From NCBI GenBank assembly GCA_013239625.1, contig MU053557.1, positions 751,063-815,062 on the forward strand: a DNA stretch of 64,000 nucleotides, read 5' to 3'. This DNA comes from Lama guanicoe. Taxonomy: Eukaryota. Position 1 is the first letter of the stretch, and every line of letters starts with the position of its first letter. Below the pieces are notes generated by a model. The model did no database searches. It had not been told where the DNA came from and was given only the letters and a program-made list of their open reading frames with translations. This document shows positions 51,946 through 64,000 of the stretch, in pieces. A program made the position numbers and the translations under genes.

Positions 51946-54900
51946 ATACTGAGGCCCACTCAAATCAACAGGCAAACCTAGTCAGACACAAAGATAGATA
52001 AACCCGCCTCTATCCTCAAATTGTGGGATGGAGTTGGGTAGGGGAAAGAAACTTCTGCTAAAGGAAAAAACAGTGAAAGCCAAAGAGGACAATGTGTCAC
52101 AGCTGCCCTCCCCGTGACACAGGGAAGAGACTTAGCCAGCACTGAGCACTACTTAGCGTCAGGCAGTTTTCATATGGGTTCTCACTGAATTCTCACCCTA
52201 GGCCTTTGAGATAGGTTTCACTGTCCCTTTTCCACAGAAGGGAAGACTGAGAGCCAGAGTGAGTAGTAGGAGTCACATCCCAGGGGTGGGGTATGTTGGG
52301 GCTGAGGTCTCACACAGACTCATCTGATCCTGACGCTCAGCCCCTGGCTGCTGTGATGAACTGTTAAATTGCTCGCCACCTTTCACACTGCCGCCTCTCT
52401 GAAATAAACCAGTTGTTCGTGAGAGGAGGTGAAATGTTAGAAGGAATCAATAGCTTCTCCTTCACTGCTGTGTGTAATGGACAGTTCTATGCCAAACTGC
52501 CCAAAGCACTTTATGTACTCTTAGAACACCTACCGGTGAAACTCCTGATCAATGCATCCTGCAACTCCAGGAGGGAAGATACCCACCCAGAGTAACATCC
52601 TCCTCACTGGCTACCTAGGGCTTTCGTAATCTCCCCTGAATGTTTTTCAGGCAGAAAAGATAATAGTGATTCAGAGTCAAGCCAATTGCTTGTAAAACCC
52701 AGGAGGTGTGATGTCATTTGACACATTCTTGGCATATTTTGAATGAAGTCTTCATTGGTAATATTTGTCTTTGAAACCTTGTTAGATTGGGAAAGGGGCC
52801 AGGTCAGTTTGTAATCCTGATGACAGAGTCCTGACACCAGACAAACTTCTGTTCCTGTTTTGGGCCAAAATATTCGTAATCAATCCCCTCGAGATTTGGA
52901 TACAGATGGCAGAAGAGACCTCAGAGGCATGTCCTGGAGGCTGCACATCTGCTTAGCCGCTCCACAAAGTGTGGCTTCTTAAATAGCTCATATATTGGCC
53001 CTAAGTTTGAGAAGCTCCCAAGGAAATCCTAAAAGAAATGGACGATTTGGGGATGTGGTTTGTGGGAAATGCAATGATAGAGTTATCTGGGAGAACTTAC
53101 TTCCTTGGGAACTTACTGAGTGGCATGGAAGCAGACGAAGGGTGGGAGGAGAGAGGACAGGAAAATTTGTATACAGTGCAGTTAAATTTATTTTTAGTTC
53201 TGCATGGTGTCATCATGTATATTTAAGAAATAATTTGTGAAGCCTTTTTTGGTCTTTTATGAAATTTTTTCTTTCTTCCCAAATGTATTTGTCTTAAGCC
53301 AGCAGAAACACAAGTTTGGTTTTTAAAAAACTTGTCATCCAAATGGTTAAGACTGGATGTTAACGTCTGATTCATTGGCCTGACCTCTCTAATATGCAGA
53401 GCAGTTCCATAAAACTTATAGCTGTGGAGTTAGAGTTGGCTGGGTTTTTGTTTGTTTGTTTTGGGGGTTTTTTGTTTTGTTTTGTTTTACTTCCCAAGAT
53501 ACGTGGTTGTGAGGATAAATGCTGAATTGTTTGGCAGAAGTTGCAAATTACCAAAACATAAATGCACTGAAGACCTTAGTGTTTTTTTGTTTTTTTTCTC
53601 CTACTCTTGTTCCTACCTCTCCAATGCTTATTCCCATGAGACAGCCCTGGGGAGTGGGAAAATACAATCCTGTCAGTGCCAAGGGTTCCTCTGCCTCATG
53701 AGACTGCCGTAGTGGAGGTTGGTCTTTTAAAATAGTAGTGTAGAGTGCACTAGGATTGATTTCCCGATGTCCAATGGAGGTTGATCTTTCTCACCCCAAG
53801 TCAGTCACCGTCACTCTACCTCTCTTGCCATAGCCTGGTCTAGATGTGAGCAGACCAGGTCTTTTGAGATTTGTCTGAGGCTCTTAAAATGCCAGTCTTT
53901 CTGAGACTCGGTCTCCCCATCTCACTCTTTGATGGTTGTTTAGATTACACGCATTATTACTTAGTAAATACCTGGCACATAGTAGACCCTCAGTTAAAGA
54001 ATTATTACTGTTCTTTAAAATTTTCCCACCTTTTGATCTAGACATTCTACTTCTAGGAAGTATGCTGAAAACAGAATTAGAGATGCATGCAAAGATATAT
54101 AGGTATAGATATAATTACAGATATATATGTATGTGTGTATATAGATGTTTATCACAGTCTTATTTGTAATTTGGAGCTTAATTATCCAAGAATTGTCCAA
54201 TAATAATTAACAATGAAGTCTTCACTCAAAGGAATATTCTGAAGCTGTTAAAAGTATATAGTAGAATTTTATTTAGTGAAATGGAAAGTAGTTTATGGTA
54301 TATTATTTCATAAAGAGCAGGTTATATGGAAACAGGATATATACTAAAGTTGGCAGAAAAATGTTTTTAGAAATTATAGGCTTTCAAAAACTACACATGT
54401 AATTCATATTTACCTGTATTTTTTAAGACAGAAAAATAGAGATGTTAAGAAGAAAAAATCTCCTCTAATCTTGCTCAAAAATGTTAACACAGTCTGGGAG
54501 AGATGACTTTCAAATCTTAAAAGGTGATTTTAGTTTCTTTTTTTTCAATTAAGAAGCATTTTCAATCCTTTCCTCTGTGAAATGCATTGCTTATATACCT
54601 TTTAAAGCAACAAAACATATATATTGTTAAAGCCATTTGCCATGGATTTCTGCCAAGGCTCTCTGATTCAACTCCATTCAGCAGATATTTATACAGAGCC
54701 TAGTAGATGCAGGACACTTTGCTAGATGGTTCACCAAAACATATGCAGTCTGCTGTCTTCGAGTTAAGACTCTACCAGATCATCCCAAAGTACAGGAGAG
54801 GAAAATGCATTTGGCTTGGTTGTCTTGGTTAACAGGGATGGGAACTGGGACTTCTGCTTCCATATGTCGCTCTGCCATGTGCACCGGGGCTGAGCCAAAG

Positions 54901-55523
54901 GCTGCTGGACTCTGCTCGGCCCCATTGGTAACGTCCCTCAGCCTTCATCCTGAGTGCTCGTCTTTCTGATTAAACATATACAATTGAAGTAAAAGTGAAA
55001 GTGACCTCCCAGGTAGCTTCAGAATGAGTCTCCTAACCCTTTCAATCAAATCACTGTCCTAAGCCCCTTTCATGTAGAAATCCTGGAGCTGCTTCCACCT
55101 GTGGAAGGAGGCCAAGGCTATTTTAGGTGCTTCGTTCAGTTTGTTCACTGTACTGATATATCCTCAAAATGGGATACCATTTGCAGTCAAATTTTTTAGA
55201 ATGAGTGCAGAGAGGACAAGAAGAGAAAATTCTCTATCTTGATTTTGTTCTTCTTCAAATGAAAAGATTCTTCCACAAAGGAAAAGCGTAAGACAATGCA
55301 TTAGGCCAAGTGCTGGAGGACCCTCCGCCAGGCAGGGGAGTGCAGGGTTCCTGTTGATTCCTTTCCCTAGGACTTCTTATGGAGTTTGAAATGATGTTGG
55401 AACTCACTGTAAAACACAATGGTGGGACTCTGAGGGTAAGGGAAAAGGCAAAAGAAACTTGTTTGGACTCTTAAGAAAAGCTGTCACATTTGTCTCTGCC
55501 TAACAGCCTTGAAAGGAAGTTTT

Positions 55524-56510
55524 AAATTTTTTTAAATTGATGTATAGTTAATTTACAATGTTGTGTTTCTATTGTATAGCATATTCATTCAGTTATACAC
55601 ATATATTCTTTTTCACATTCTTTATCATTATAGGCTATTACAATGTATTAAATATAGTTCTGTGCTATACATTAGGGCCTTGTTGTTTATCTGTTTTATA
55701 TATAGTAGTTAGTATCTGCAAATCCCAGACTCCTAATTTATTCTTCCCCTATCCCCTTTTCTCCCTGGTAACCGTAAGGTTGTTTGCTGTGTCTATGAAT
55801 CTGTTTCTGTTTTGTAAATAAGTGTGTGTCATTTTTTTAGATTCCACGTATGAGTGATAGCATTTGGTATTTTTCTTTCTCTTTCTGGCTTACTTTACTT
55901 AGAATGATGATCTCTCCTTCCATCCATGTTGCTGCAAATGGCATTATTTTATTCTTTTTTATGGCTGAGTAGTGTTCCATTGTATTTAGGTACCACAACT
56001 TCTTTATCCAGTTATCTGTTGATGAACTTTTAGATTGCTTCTATGTCTTAGATATTGTAAAATAGTGCTGCTGTGAACATTGAAGTGCATGTATCTTTTC
56101 AAATTATAGTTTCCTCTGGATATATGCCCAGGAGTGGGATTGCTGGATCATATGGTAAGTCTATTTTTAGTCTTTTGAGGAATCTCCCTACTGTTTTCCA
56201 TAATGGCTGCACCGAACTACTTTCCCACCAGCAGTGTAGGAGGGTTCCCTTTTCTCCACGCCCTCTCCAGCATTTACCATTTGTGGACTTCTTAATGATG
56301 ACCATTATCACTGATATGAGGTGATGCCTCACTAATTATTTCTCTGATAATTAGTGATATTGAGCATCTTTTCATGAGCCTATTGGCCATTTGGATGGCT
56401 TCATTGGAGGAATGTCTGTTTAGGTCTTCTGCCCATTTTTGGTTGTTGTTGTTTTTGTTATTGAGTTGCATGAGCTGTTCGTATATTCTGGAAGTTAAGC
56501 CTTTATCAGG
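55524..56510 (-). mobile_element. L1 3' fragment (ORF2 C-terminus plus 3' UTR)
   Basis: ORF track 56099-56332 ([53 protein letters not shown]) is the L1 ORF2p cysteine-rich C-terminal domain. Confidence 0.95.
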
Positions 56511-57175
56511 TCAAAAACTGTAGGTAGGAAAGGTAAGAGTGATAATAGTCATGGCTGATTGGAGAAATAAAAGAAGAATGAAGAAAAAACTGTATAAAAA
56601 TTATGGCAATTATAAATCAATAAAAAAAATCAGAAAAAAAAAGTATGGCAGTGTAGTTATAGCCTGTATTCAGGGTATCTTTAAGATCCTGAGACAAGCA
56701 GACCAAATGATTTTGAATTGGTGATGATAGTGAGTAGGAATGTTTTGGGTTTTGTTTTATATGGCTGGGGTGAAATGAGAGACAAGTAAAAAAAACACAA
56801 ATACAGAAGTATCAAATATACTAAAATAAAAATGCACGTGAGCATTAATGGGTCAGATTCATATAGCATCCATCTGCTGCTAGACATAACCATTCATAAA
56901 ATCTCAACTTTTGCCAACAGAGATTTTCTGCCAAATGCAGCCTGTTTGCAGTGTCTTAAGCTATAGATTAATAGTTTTACTGTGATGGTCTTGGGGCTCC
57001 CATTGCATGAATGAGCTTTAAATTGTCACATGTGTTGGGACGTAGAAATCCTTGCCTAACCATAAGTTTCAGTTATCAGAGTGTAGATCAGAGTTTAGAA
57101 ACAGCAGCTACTTTTTTAAAAAAAAATAATGTTAACGGGAGCAACTGCTTCAGATTTAGGAACATTTTTACCTTT

Positions 57176-57433
57176 TAATTTTTTTTGTCAGGCTTCATTT
57201 GCTTTATTTTTTGCAAATAAAACTATGTGGTGGCCACAGCTGGAGCCTGGGTCCTTTACACGGAAACTCTGGTGTGGGTTTTTTCTAAATGGTCAGTGAA
57301 TTCTTGATAGGGAAACTTGGTGAACACTGTCTCTCTTCGGACATTGGGGGTGAGATAGCTGTAGGTTTTGGAAGATGGCATCAAAGGTGACCTTGGCGAA
57401 GTTGCCTAAGGTGGCAGTGTAACCCCTGGCAGA
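57176..57433 (-). pseudogene. RPS2: Processed pseudogene of 40S ribosomal protein S2 (uS5), 5'-truncated
   Basis: Minus strand 57433-57223 reads [20 protein letters not shown]/(+1 frameshift)/[48 protein letters not shown], the RPS2 C-terminus; then a short 3' UTR, AATAAA (57203-57208) and a poly(A) remnant. Confidence 0.95.
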
Positions 57434-57659
57434 ATGCTGTTACTTAATTGAATGGCACCCGAGATATAGTTAAATTTTATAAACAGAACTGCCCTCCCCT
57501 ATTTGAGAGCCTGGGAGTGATGGCTACCTTCCTGACAATTACATCCTCATAGTGGCAAGCTGAAAATTTATGTGATAGCATTGATTTATGTGGGTAGTCC
57601 AGCTGCACTATTTGGAGCCTCCAGAAGCATTTTTGTCTGAGTAGTAGTTGTGGTAGTAG

Positions 57660-57920
57660 TAGTAATAAACATTGATCGAGCCCACACTATGTTTGGGCGC
57701 TGTCAGTTATTTCCACATTGAGAATATTCCACGTGGAATTGGTGTTTGGTATGTAGGATCTTATTTTGTCATCACAGTAACCCATTGAGATAGATGCTGT
57801 CATTGTTTCTGCATTTTACAGAGCAGAAACAGGTTTAAAGAGATCAGTTAATTTTGCTTACTATGATACAGAGGTAGATAGTGGCTTCTTACTTAGAAAG
57901 TCTAATATCAGGGACTGTGT
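57660..57920 (-). mobile_element. MIR SINE
   Basis: aacattgatcgagcccacactatg..cacagtaacccattgagatagatgctg..cattttacagagcagaaacagg. Confidence 0.6.
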
Positions 57921-58604
57921 AGTAAAATACCCATTTGCAAGAATCACACTAGAGACTGGAATTGTCTGAATAATTTCCCTCTCCATTTCGTTTCACTGGG
58001 GGCAGAAGAGATTGGACAATTACAGGGTGTACTGATCAATGCAGGTGATGAATGCAAATATTATAGTCAGACCCCAGAGTATTTGGGTGGCATTGAAAGT
58101 ATTTTGTTGTTGTTCTTTTTTGGTGACTGGGAGACATGATTCCTCGGGAACATCGGGGAGTGCTCAACCGCAGCAAATTGAGACAGAGCATAGCTGTCTT
58201 GGGAGCGGTGAAAGCACAGGCACCTGTAACTTCTCACACATGTTCTTAGACAGTGTCGTCTGCTGTTCCTGGAGTGCGCATGGTTGGTAAAGAGCTGCGA
58301 AAGTGTGCACTCGGGTTTAGGGGAGGTTTGTCAGGCGGTCCAATAACAAAACTGCTGTTAAAGATGAGACCACAGATGTAGAGAGCGCTCTGTGCTGAGA
58401 TCTCGGTTTGTCATCCAGCTCCTATGTTAGGCACTCAGGGCTTGTCCTGTGGGGATGAGAGGGTAAACACAGGAAGGACTGGAGAATGGAGTTATGCATG
58501 AAAGAAATCTGGCTATGCTCTTTGCTTAGTTCCCTTCTCTTAAAAATAGAGAAGCTATTTTTTTTAATATACATAGCCCTTTTGTTATATTTATTTGCCA
58601 AACT

Positions 58605-59046
58605 CTTTTATTATTGAAGTATAGTTGATGCATAATGTTGTGTTAGTTTCTGGTGAACAAGCATATTGATTCATATATATATATTTCTTTTTCATTAAAG
58701 GCCATTACAAGGTACTGAATATAGTTCCCTGTGTTATACAGTAGGACCTTGTTCTTTATCTGTTTTATATATAGTCCTTAGTATCTACAGATCTCAAACT
58801 CCCAATTTATCCCTCCCCATCCCTTTTCCCCTGGTAACCATAAATTTGTTTTCTATGTCTGTGAGTCTGTTTCTGTTTGGCAAATAAGTTCATTTGTGTC
58901 CATTTTTTTTAGATTCTACATTTAAGGGATATGTAGTTTTTTCTTTCTCTTTTTGGCTTATTTCACTTAGTATGGTGATCTCCAGGTCCATCCATGTTGT
59001 TGCAAATGGCATTATTTTATTCTTTTTAATGGCTGAGTAGTATTCC

Positions 59047-59089
<43 letters not shown>

Positions 59090-59123
59090 ACCACATCTTC
59101 TTTATCCAGTCATCTGTTGTTGG
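58605..59123 (-). mobile_element. L1 3' fragment with internal (TG)19
   Basis: ORF track 58890-59243 contains DDWIKKMW..MEYYSAIKKNKIMPFATTWMDLEITILSEISQKEK (ORF2 end); artiodactyl-type 3' UTR (tgaatatagttccctgtg.tatacagtaggaccttgtt). Confidence 0.95.
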
Positions 59124-59957
59124 GCTTGCTGAATTGTTCTTAACACATATGCATGAGCATGCGTGCATGCATGTGCATGTACATGTACACATAGACACAC
59201 ACATACACTGAAAAATAGAACATCTAAACCTTGGCAACTTCATGATGAAAAACTGGTGAGTTAATAAAAAGGACCAAACTACAGCTCTTGGTCTGTATTC
59301 ATTGATGCCTCAGTCTCACCGTCCTGCCCAGACTTCTGTATGACTAAAGCTTCAGTAGAGACCTGTGGTAAACTGCAGAGGTGTGCCAACATGCATCTAT
59401 TCTAAAGACCATGGCGGTCTTTGTGGCTACTGGAAAAGTCTAATTACTGTCATTTATTAGACTAGTTGTTCTGCATTTTGCACTATCCTTCAGGGTTTCT
59501 AATAGTCGAACATATTTTAAACACGCAAGCACTTCCATACTATGAAATTCCATGGTGGCCTGATCCATGTTTCTTGAAGACCTGTGTGCTGCCCCAAACA
59601 TCATGTGGTTGATGTGGGGACATTACTATCTCATCTCTACATTCTCCCCTGAACCTTTCTTCCTGTAAGTCTCACTGTGGACCATCATCCCTGAACAAAT
59701 TCAACTGTGTGAAAACAGCACATCTACTTTATTCCCCTATTGTTACTGCTTTTGAAACAATTTTCCTGATGGACTTAGAGCATTTTTCTTTATTTATATT
59801 AAAAAAATCTCTTTCCCTTTTCCCCACTTACTTCTAAAATATAAAGATCTTTATTTTTACCAAGCACAAATTATGTACTGCAGTTGTAAATATTTAAACA
59901 GTGGAGAAGTATATAAAGTAGAAACAAAAGTTCCTTGCACCCTTATCCCAAATATAA

Positions 59958-60467
59958 TGATGATAAAATGCACAACCAAAAAGTTGAGAGGTATGTTTTA
60001 TTCGGTGGACTTTCTGAGGATTCAAGGCTGCCAGGAGGCGGCCTCTCAGATTGCTCTAAGGGATTGCTCTGAAGAGGTAGGGGAGGAGCCAGGATATGTA
60101 GAAGTTCTTGCATCAAAGACCATTAGTTAGAACATAGAACATCAAAAGGTTGCTGTTAATTAAAGAAAACCAGATATCTCAAGTTAAGGAATTTAGCGCT
60201 TTTCTCTGTTTGGGAGAATGCAAGAGGCTGGGCTCATGGACATCATTCCTTTGATATGCACCTTTGCTATCTAGGGCCAGTATTCTGTTCTTTCTCACCC
60301 TGAGTCTCCTCAGGGGGCACCTTTAGGGGTGGCAGCAGAGGCCAGGCTGCCTACTTGTCTCCATCCTGAGTTCCCTCAGCCCACTGTCGGGGGCGGGGTA
60401 GTGGCTGACAACTTGATGGCCACAGCATCCTTTGTTTAGATATGACTGGCAATATTTTTCATGCACA
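59958..60467 (-). mobile_element. Solo ERV1 LTR, MER41-like (artiodactyl type)
   Basis: aaaatgcacaacc.aaaagttgaga..tatgttttattcggtggactttctgagga..ctctcaga..gaagaggtaggggaggagccaggatat..aaaccagatatctcaagttaaggaatttagcgcttttct; ends in CA. Confidence 0.8.
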
Positions 60468-60750
60468 GACTCATTAGCAGATCTATCCCTCACAAAACTT
60501 CTGTGAGGTAGGTACTATTATTTTCCAGAACTGGAGAATAAACATTTAAAGTAACCACCTGGGTAGTCAATAGTAAAGCTAGAATCTAATTATTATATTA
60601 GAAGTGTGAATTGATGCCCCAATTACTATATTAAACTGAGTGGACCACGGCTGATCATTTACTTACCTTTAACTTTAAAAAGTTAAATAACTCATAAAAG
60701 ATGAACAATGCACACCTTAATATTTTAGCTTAAAATGTACATCATTCGGT

Positions 60751-60915
60751 GGGGGAGAGTATAGCTCAGTGGTAGAGTGTGTGCTTAGCATGCACGAGGT
60801 CCTGGGTTCAATCCCCAGTACCTCCGTTAAAGTGAATAAATAGATTAAAAAAAAAAAATCTGATCACCTCCCCTCCAAAGAAACGATAAGAAAAAAACCA
60901 AACAACAACAACAAC
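60751..60915 (+). mobile_element. tRNA-Ala-derived SINE (camelid Vic-1 type)
   Basis: gggggagagtatagctcagtggtagagtgtgtgcttagcatgcacgaggtcctgggttcaatccccagtacctcc with intact A and B boxes, A-rich tail, TSD aaaatgtacatcatt (60732-60746) / aaaatgtgtatcatt (60916-60930). Confidence 0.92.
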
Positions 60916-61729
60916 AAAATGTGTATCATTTATACATTAATTTAACACCATTGATTTAACACCAAGGCCATTTCTTAGAGATGGCTACACCATTTGCTTT
61001 TCTTAAATAAGCCACATTCATAATTGTTGTAACTTGTAGTGGGTGGTAAATTCTTCAGGGACTTTTTTTTTTTTAAGGGACCCTCCCTTGTGGAGTCTTA
61101 CCGAAACGATTGAGTTTTCATAGAGGCAATTTTTGTTCTTTTATTTTACTAATTTATATAATTTTAAAAGAAACTAGGTCATTACAAAGTATAAAACTCC
61201 TTAACCAGCTTGGAGACAAAAGCCACTGATTCTTGGTAAGCAAACAATACATCACATGAGGCCACAAGGGCCTGGGGTTTATAGCTCTAAGCCCTCAGCA
61301 CTGCCCCAGGCATCAGCCTGAACTTTTGACAGAGGTCAATGTGGCATGTAGGTGCCTTGGTAAAGTCAAGTTCAGTTGAGAGAACTTCTTTACAATGGAG
61401 TTAATCAAGCCTGCTGAGAAGCACCTGCAGAAGTTGTTCACTGAGGGGAATCTGTTTCTTTTTTTCCATTCCCCAATCCTGGAAGGGTGTGTGCTTATCA
61501 GAGCCTGCTGTCCCACTTCTTTTTCATTTTTTGCATCTTTTGTATGTAAATTCATCTACCTCTCCAGTTTCAGTTAGTCTTGGCAATCAAGTCATCAGAA
61601 CACGAACCTTAAAAGGTACAGTGAATTCCCCAGGAAGGAAAAATTCTAGTGGGCGAACACTAGAAAACTGAAACAGAACTGAGCAAATTAATAGCATAAA
61701 TCTAGCATTAAGAAATGCCTTTTTGTTTC

Positions 61730-62215
61730 TTTCCAGAGAAAGCCCATACTTGTTAGCATGGCCTTTAAGGCCCTATGTGATCTAGTCCCTGCCTCTCCAT
61801 TTAGCCCAACAACCTGTCATGCTTGATCCTCCGTGCTGTTTCTGCAGTCAGTTCCTCTACCCTCGCTCCTTCTCGGAGTGTGCACCCTGATTTTCCCTTC
61901 TCTTTCCCACTAAGAGAGTCCCTTCAAATCCCCACTTGTGCCCTCTTCTCTCTGATCCCTTCCTGGACTTCTCTCCTAGAGCAGAGCTGAGGGGTTCGAT
62001 CACCTGACTTCATTGCTCTGTCCCCACTTGCATGGTATTTCTATTTTAGCAAGTATCACCGAGGTTCGCAGGCACGTTTTGGCTTGTGTGTCTCTCCTAC
62101 TACTATGTGACAGCCAGAAGGGCAGAGGTGGGCTTTTATTCATCTGTGTTTCCAGAGTCTGTCCCCATTCTTGGTAAATAATAATGTTCAACAAATATTT
62201 GCTGAATGAGTGAAC
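61730..62215 (+). mobile_element. LINE-2 3' fragment
   Basis: tagcatggcctttaaggccctatgtgatct..; ends atgttcaacaaatatttgctgaatgagtgaa. Confidence 0.7.
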
Positions 62216-63344
62216 TCATAGCCTGGGGGAAGCGTGCTTTCCTCTTGGTGTCCCAGCGCACTGAAATGACGAGGCATGAATGCTCCGTGGCTGTGATGCC
62301 TTCTCCTGACTACAATGCTTCCCTTAAACCCTGGGATGGGGAGATTGAAGAAGGAGGCTCCTTGCTGTGGCCATCCTTGCAAATCTCTTTCCAGCTCTGA
62401 AAAGGAGATCTAAGGCACAGCCCTGAGTTTGCCTGTTCAAACTTTTGTTAGTACTCTCACTTTGCAGCAAGGGACTAAGAGGAGGATTTTCTGTTTATAT
62501 TACTGCAGACTTTGATCTCACTTGGTTGATGTGGATGGTACCTTGTTCACAGTACGTTGCCAGTGAGTCTACCGTCTAATGCAATAAGGGGAAGTCTGCG
62601 TGACAGCCAGGTGATGCTGAAGGAATGGATGGGTTTATTTCATTAGGAGTAATGTATTCTCAGCAGATACCGGCCTGCGTGCATAATGTGATTCTTGGGG
62701 TGCCACAGCAGATGTTTCCTGCTAGAGGAAGGTAATTGCATTACCCCGCCACTTACAGATTCATTAAGGGGAATCTTAGGCTCACCAGTTAGTTTTTTGA
62801 GTCCCGCTCCCGTTAGGAACTATTTCCCTGCGGTCACCTTCCCTTCAGGTCACGCATCTCATTGGCCCTGCTTGACAGCCAGCTCCTAAATGCTTCGAAG
62901 CATTTAGCCTTCTAAGCATGCCTGTCCTATGTGGTTGCAGAATTGCTTGGCAAAGGAAGAAAAGCTCTTAGAGGACAGAGACACTGTTTTTGTCATCTCC
63001 AAAGTGAGAAGTACCCATTACTGATGATTTTAGGTGGCTCATGGAGAAACATTTACGCATTTCTAATTGTTACCTATTTCTGTTAATGTCGACTAGAAAA
63101 AAAAAACTAGCACATAAAACCTGTGATTTCACAGATTTGATGTTTAAAGGGAGGCAAAGTGGGTATTGAAGTAAGTCAATTTGAAAGAAAATCTAAGATA
63201 ATAGCATTAAAAGGTATTTGAAGCAATGACTGAAATTATTAAGGTGATAATCCAATAACTAAAGAGTGGAAATATTGTGATACAGTACAGTTCCTGATAC
63301 ATAGTAAGTTCTTCATCAGTATTTATTGGAATGAATGACTATTC

Positions 63345-63530
63345 AAAATAATGATAGCTACTTTTTCTTACATGCTTCTTTTGCACCTAGTCACTGGGCT
63401 GTCAGTGTTGTGTACCATATGCTGTTTGATTCTGACCTGTAAGTTGATGTCTTATCTTCATTTTATAGATGAAGGAACTAAGGCACAGAAAATAACTTAC
63501 ACAGCATTACACAGCTAGTGGTGGTAGGTC
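63345..63530 (-). mobile_element. MIR SINE
   Basis: ttatcttcattttatagatgaaggaactaaggcacaga..cacagctagt. Confidence 0.7.
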
Positions 63531-64000
63531 TCTTCTCTGTTACCAAACCCCCAGAGTACTTCTGCACATCCCTGGCTAATAGGTACTGCAAGTTAAAATG
63601 GAGTTTTTATTTCCGGTTCCACCTGAGTTCCCTAGGGTAGTAAAACTATTCCACCATGTTGAAGGTTAGCTCAATTAGCAGTGTTATGATGAGGGTGTTG
63701 CTAAGACCATGTGTTGGATACATTTTGCCAGAGCTGGCCTGGTTGAACAGCGTGCCCTTTGTGGAGTCTCTTAAGTCCCTGAACCAGCCAGACTTTCCAG
63801 TCTCTTCTCCCTTCTCATCTGGAACTCCTTCTCAGCTTCATTGCTGATGTTGTGAGAATGCCGTGTCACGGCTTCAGTGACGACTTCCAGGGACTTCATC
63901 CTATGCTGACCAAAACAACGCCCAAACAACCTTTATGACCGTGACAACACTATGCTGTGGACAACTGTGTTGCTTGACTCAAAAAGTGGCTCTGATGGTC

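Noticed and set aside
59958..60467. MER41-like LTR as an interferon-inducible (STAT1) enhancer
   Set aside because: I could not find a GAS motif (TTCNNNGAA) in this copy by eye, so the function reported for other MER41 copies is unsupported here.
60751..60826. tRNA-Ala(AGC) gene (also at 20228 and 35777-35849)
   Set aside because: Imperfect acceptor stem, SINE body, A-rich tail and TSDs identify these as tRNA-derived SINE copies.

Overview
This is mammalian genomic DNA, very likely from a camelid: it carries three copies of a tRNA-Ala-derived SINE matching the camelid Vic-1 type, plus L1 3' ends of artiodactyl/camelid type. It is non-coding and repeat-rich. I recognise no functional protein-coding exon, rRNA, real tRNA or CRISPR array, and the ORF track is L1 ORF2 remnants, simple repeats or chance ORFs. 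Identifiable content: L1, L2 and MIR fragments, three SINEs with target-site duplications (TSDs), three solo ERV1-class LTRs, several MaLR (MLT1) LTRs, a decayed 5'-truncated RPS2 retrocopy (57.2-57.4 kb, minus strand), and a mosaic non-coding ERV remnant at 18.1-19.7 kb. That remnant has an LTR, a tRNA-Leu-like primer-binding site (PBS) and a leader containing a CpG-dense, higher-order 17/23-bp tandem array, which is the most unusual structure in the window. Almost all L1s and all ERV1 LTRs lie on the minus strand, suggesting the window is intronic to a large plus-strand transcription unit. One very canonical 120-bp candidate exon (51410-51529) and several enhancer-like unique segments fit that picture, notably a POU/SOX/RFX motif cluster at about 21 kb. 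I found no convincing evidence for a novel gene system. Repeat subfamily names and the boundaries of old repeats come from recall and inspection and are approximate.
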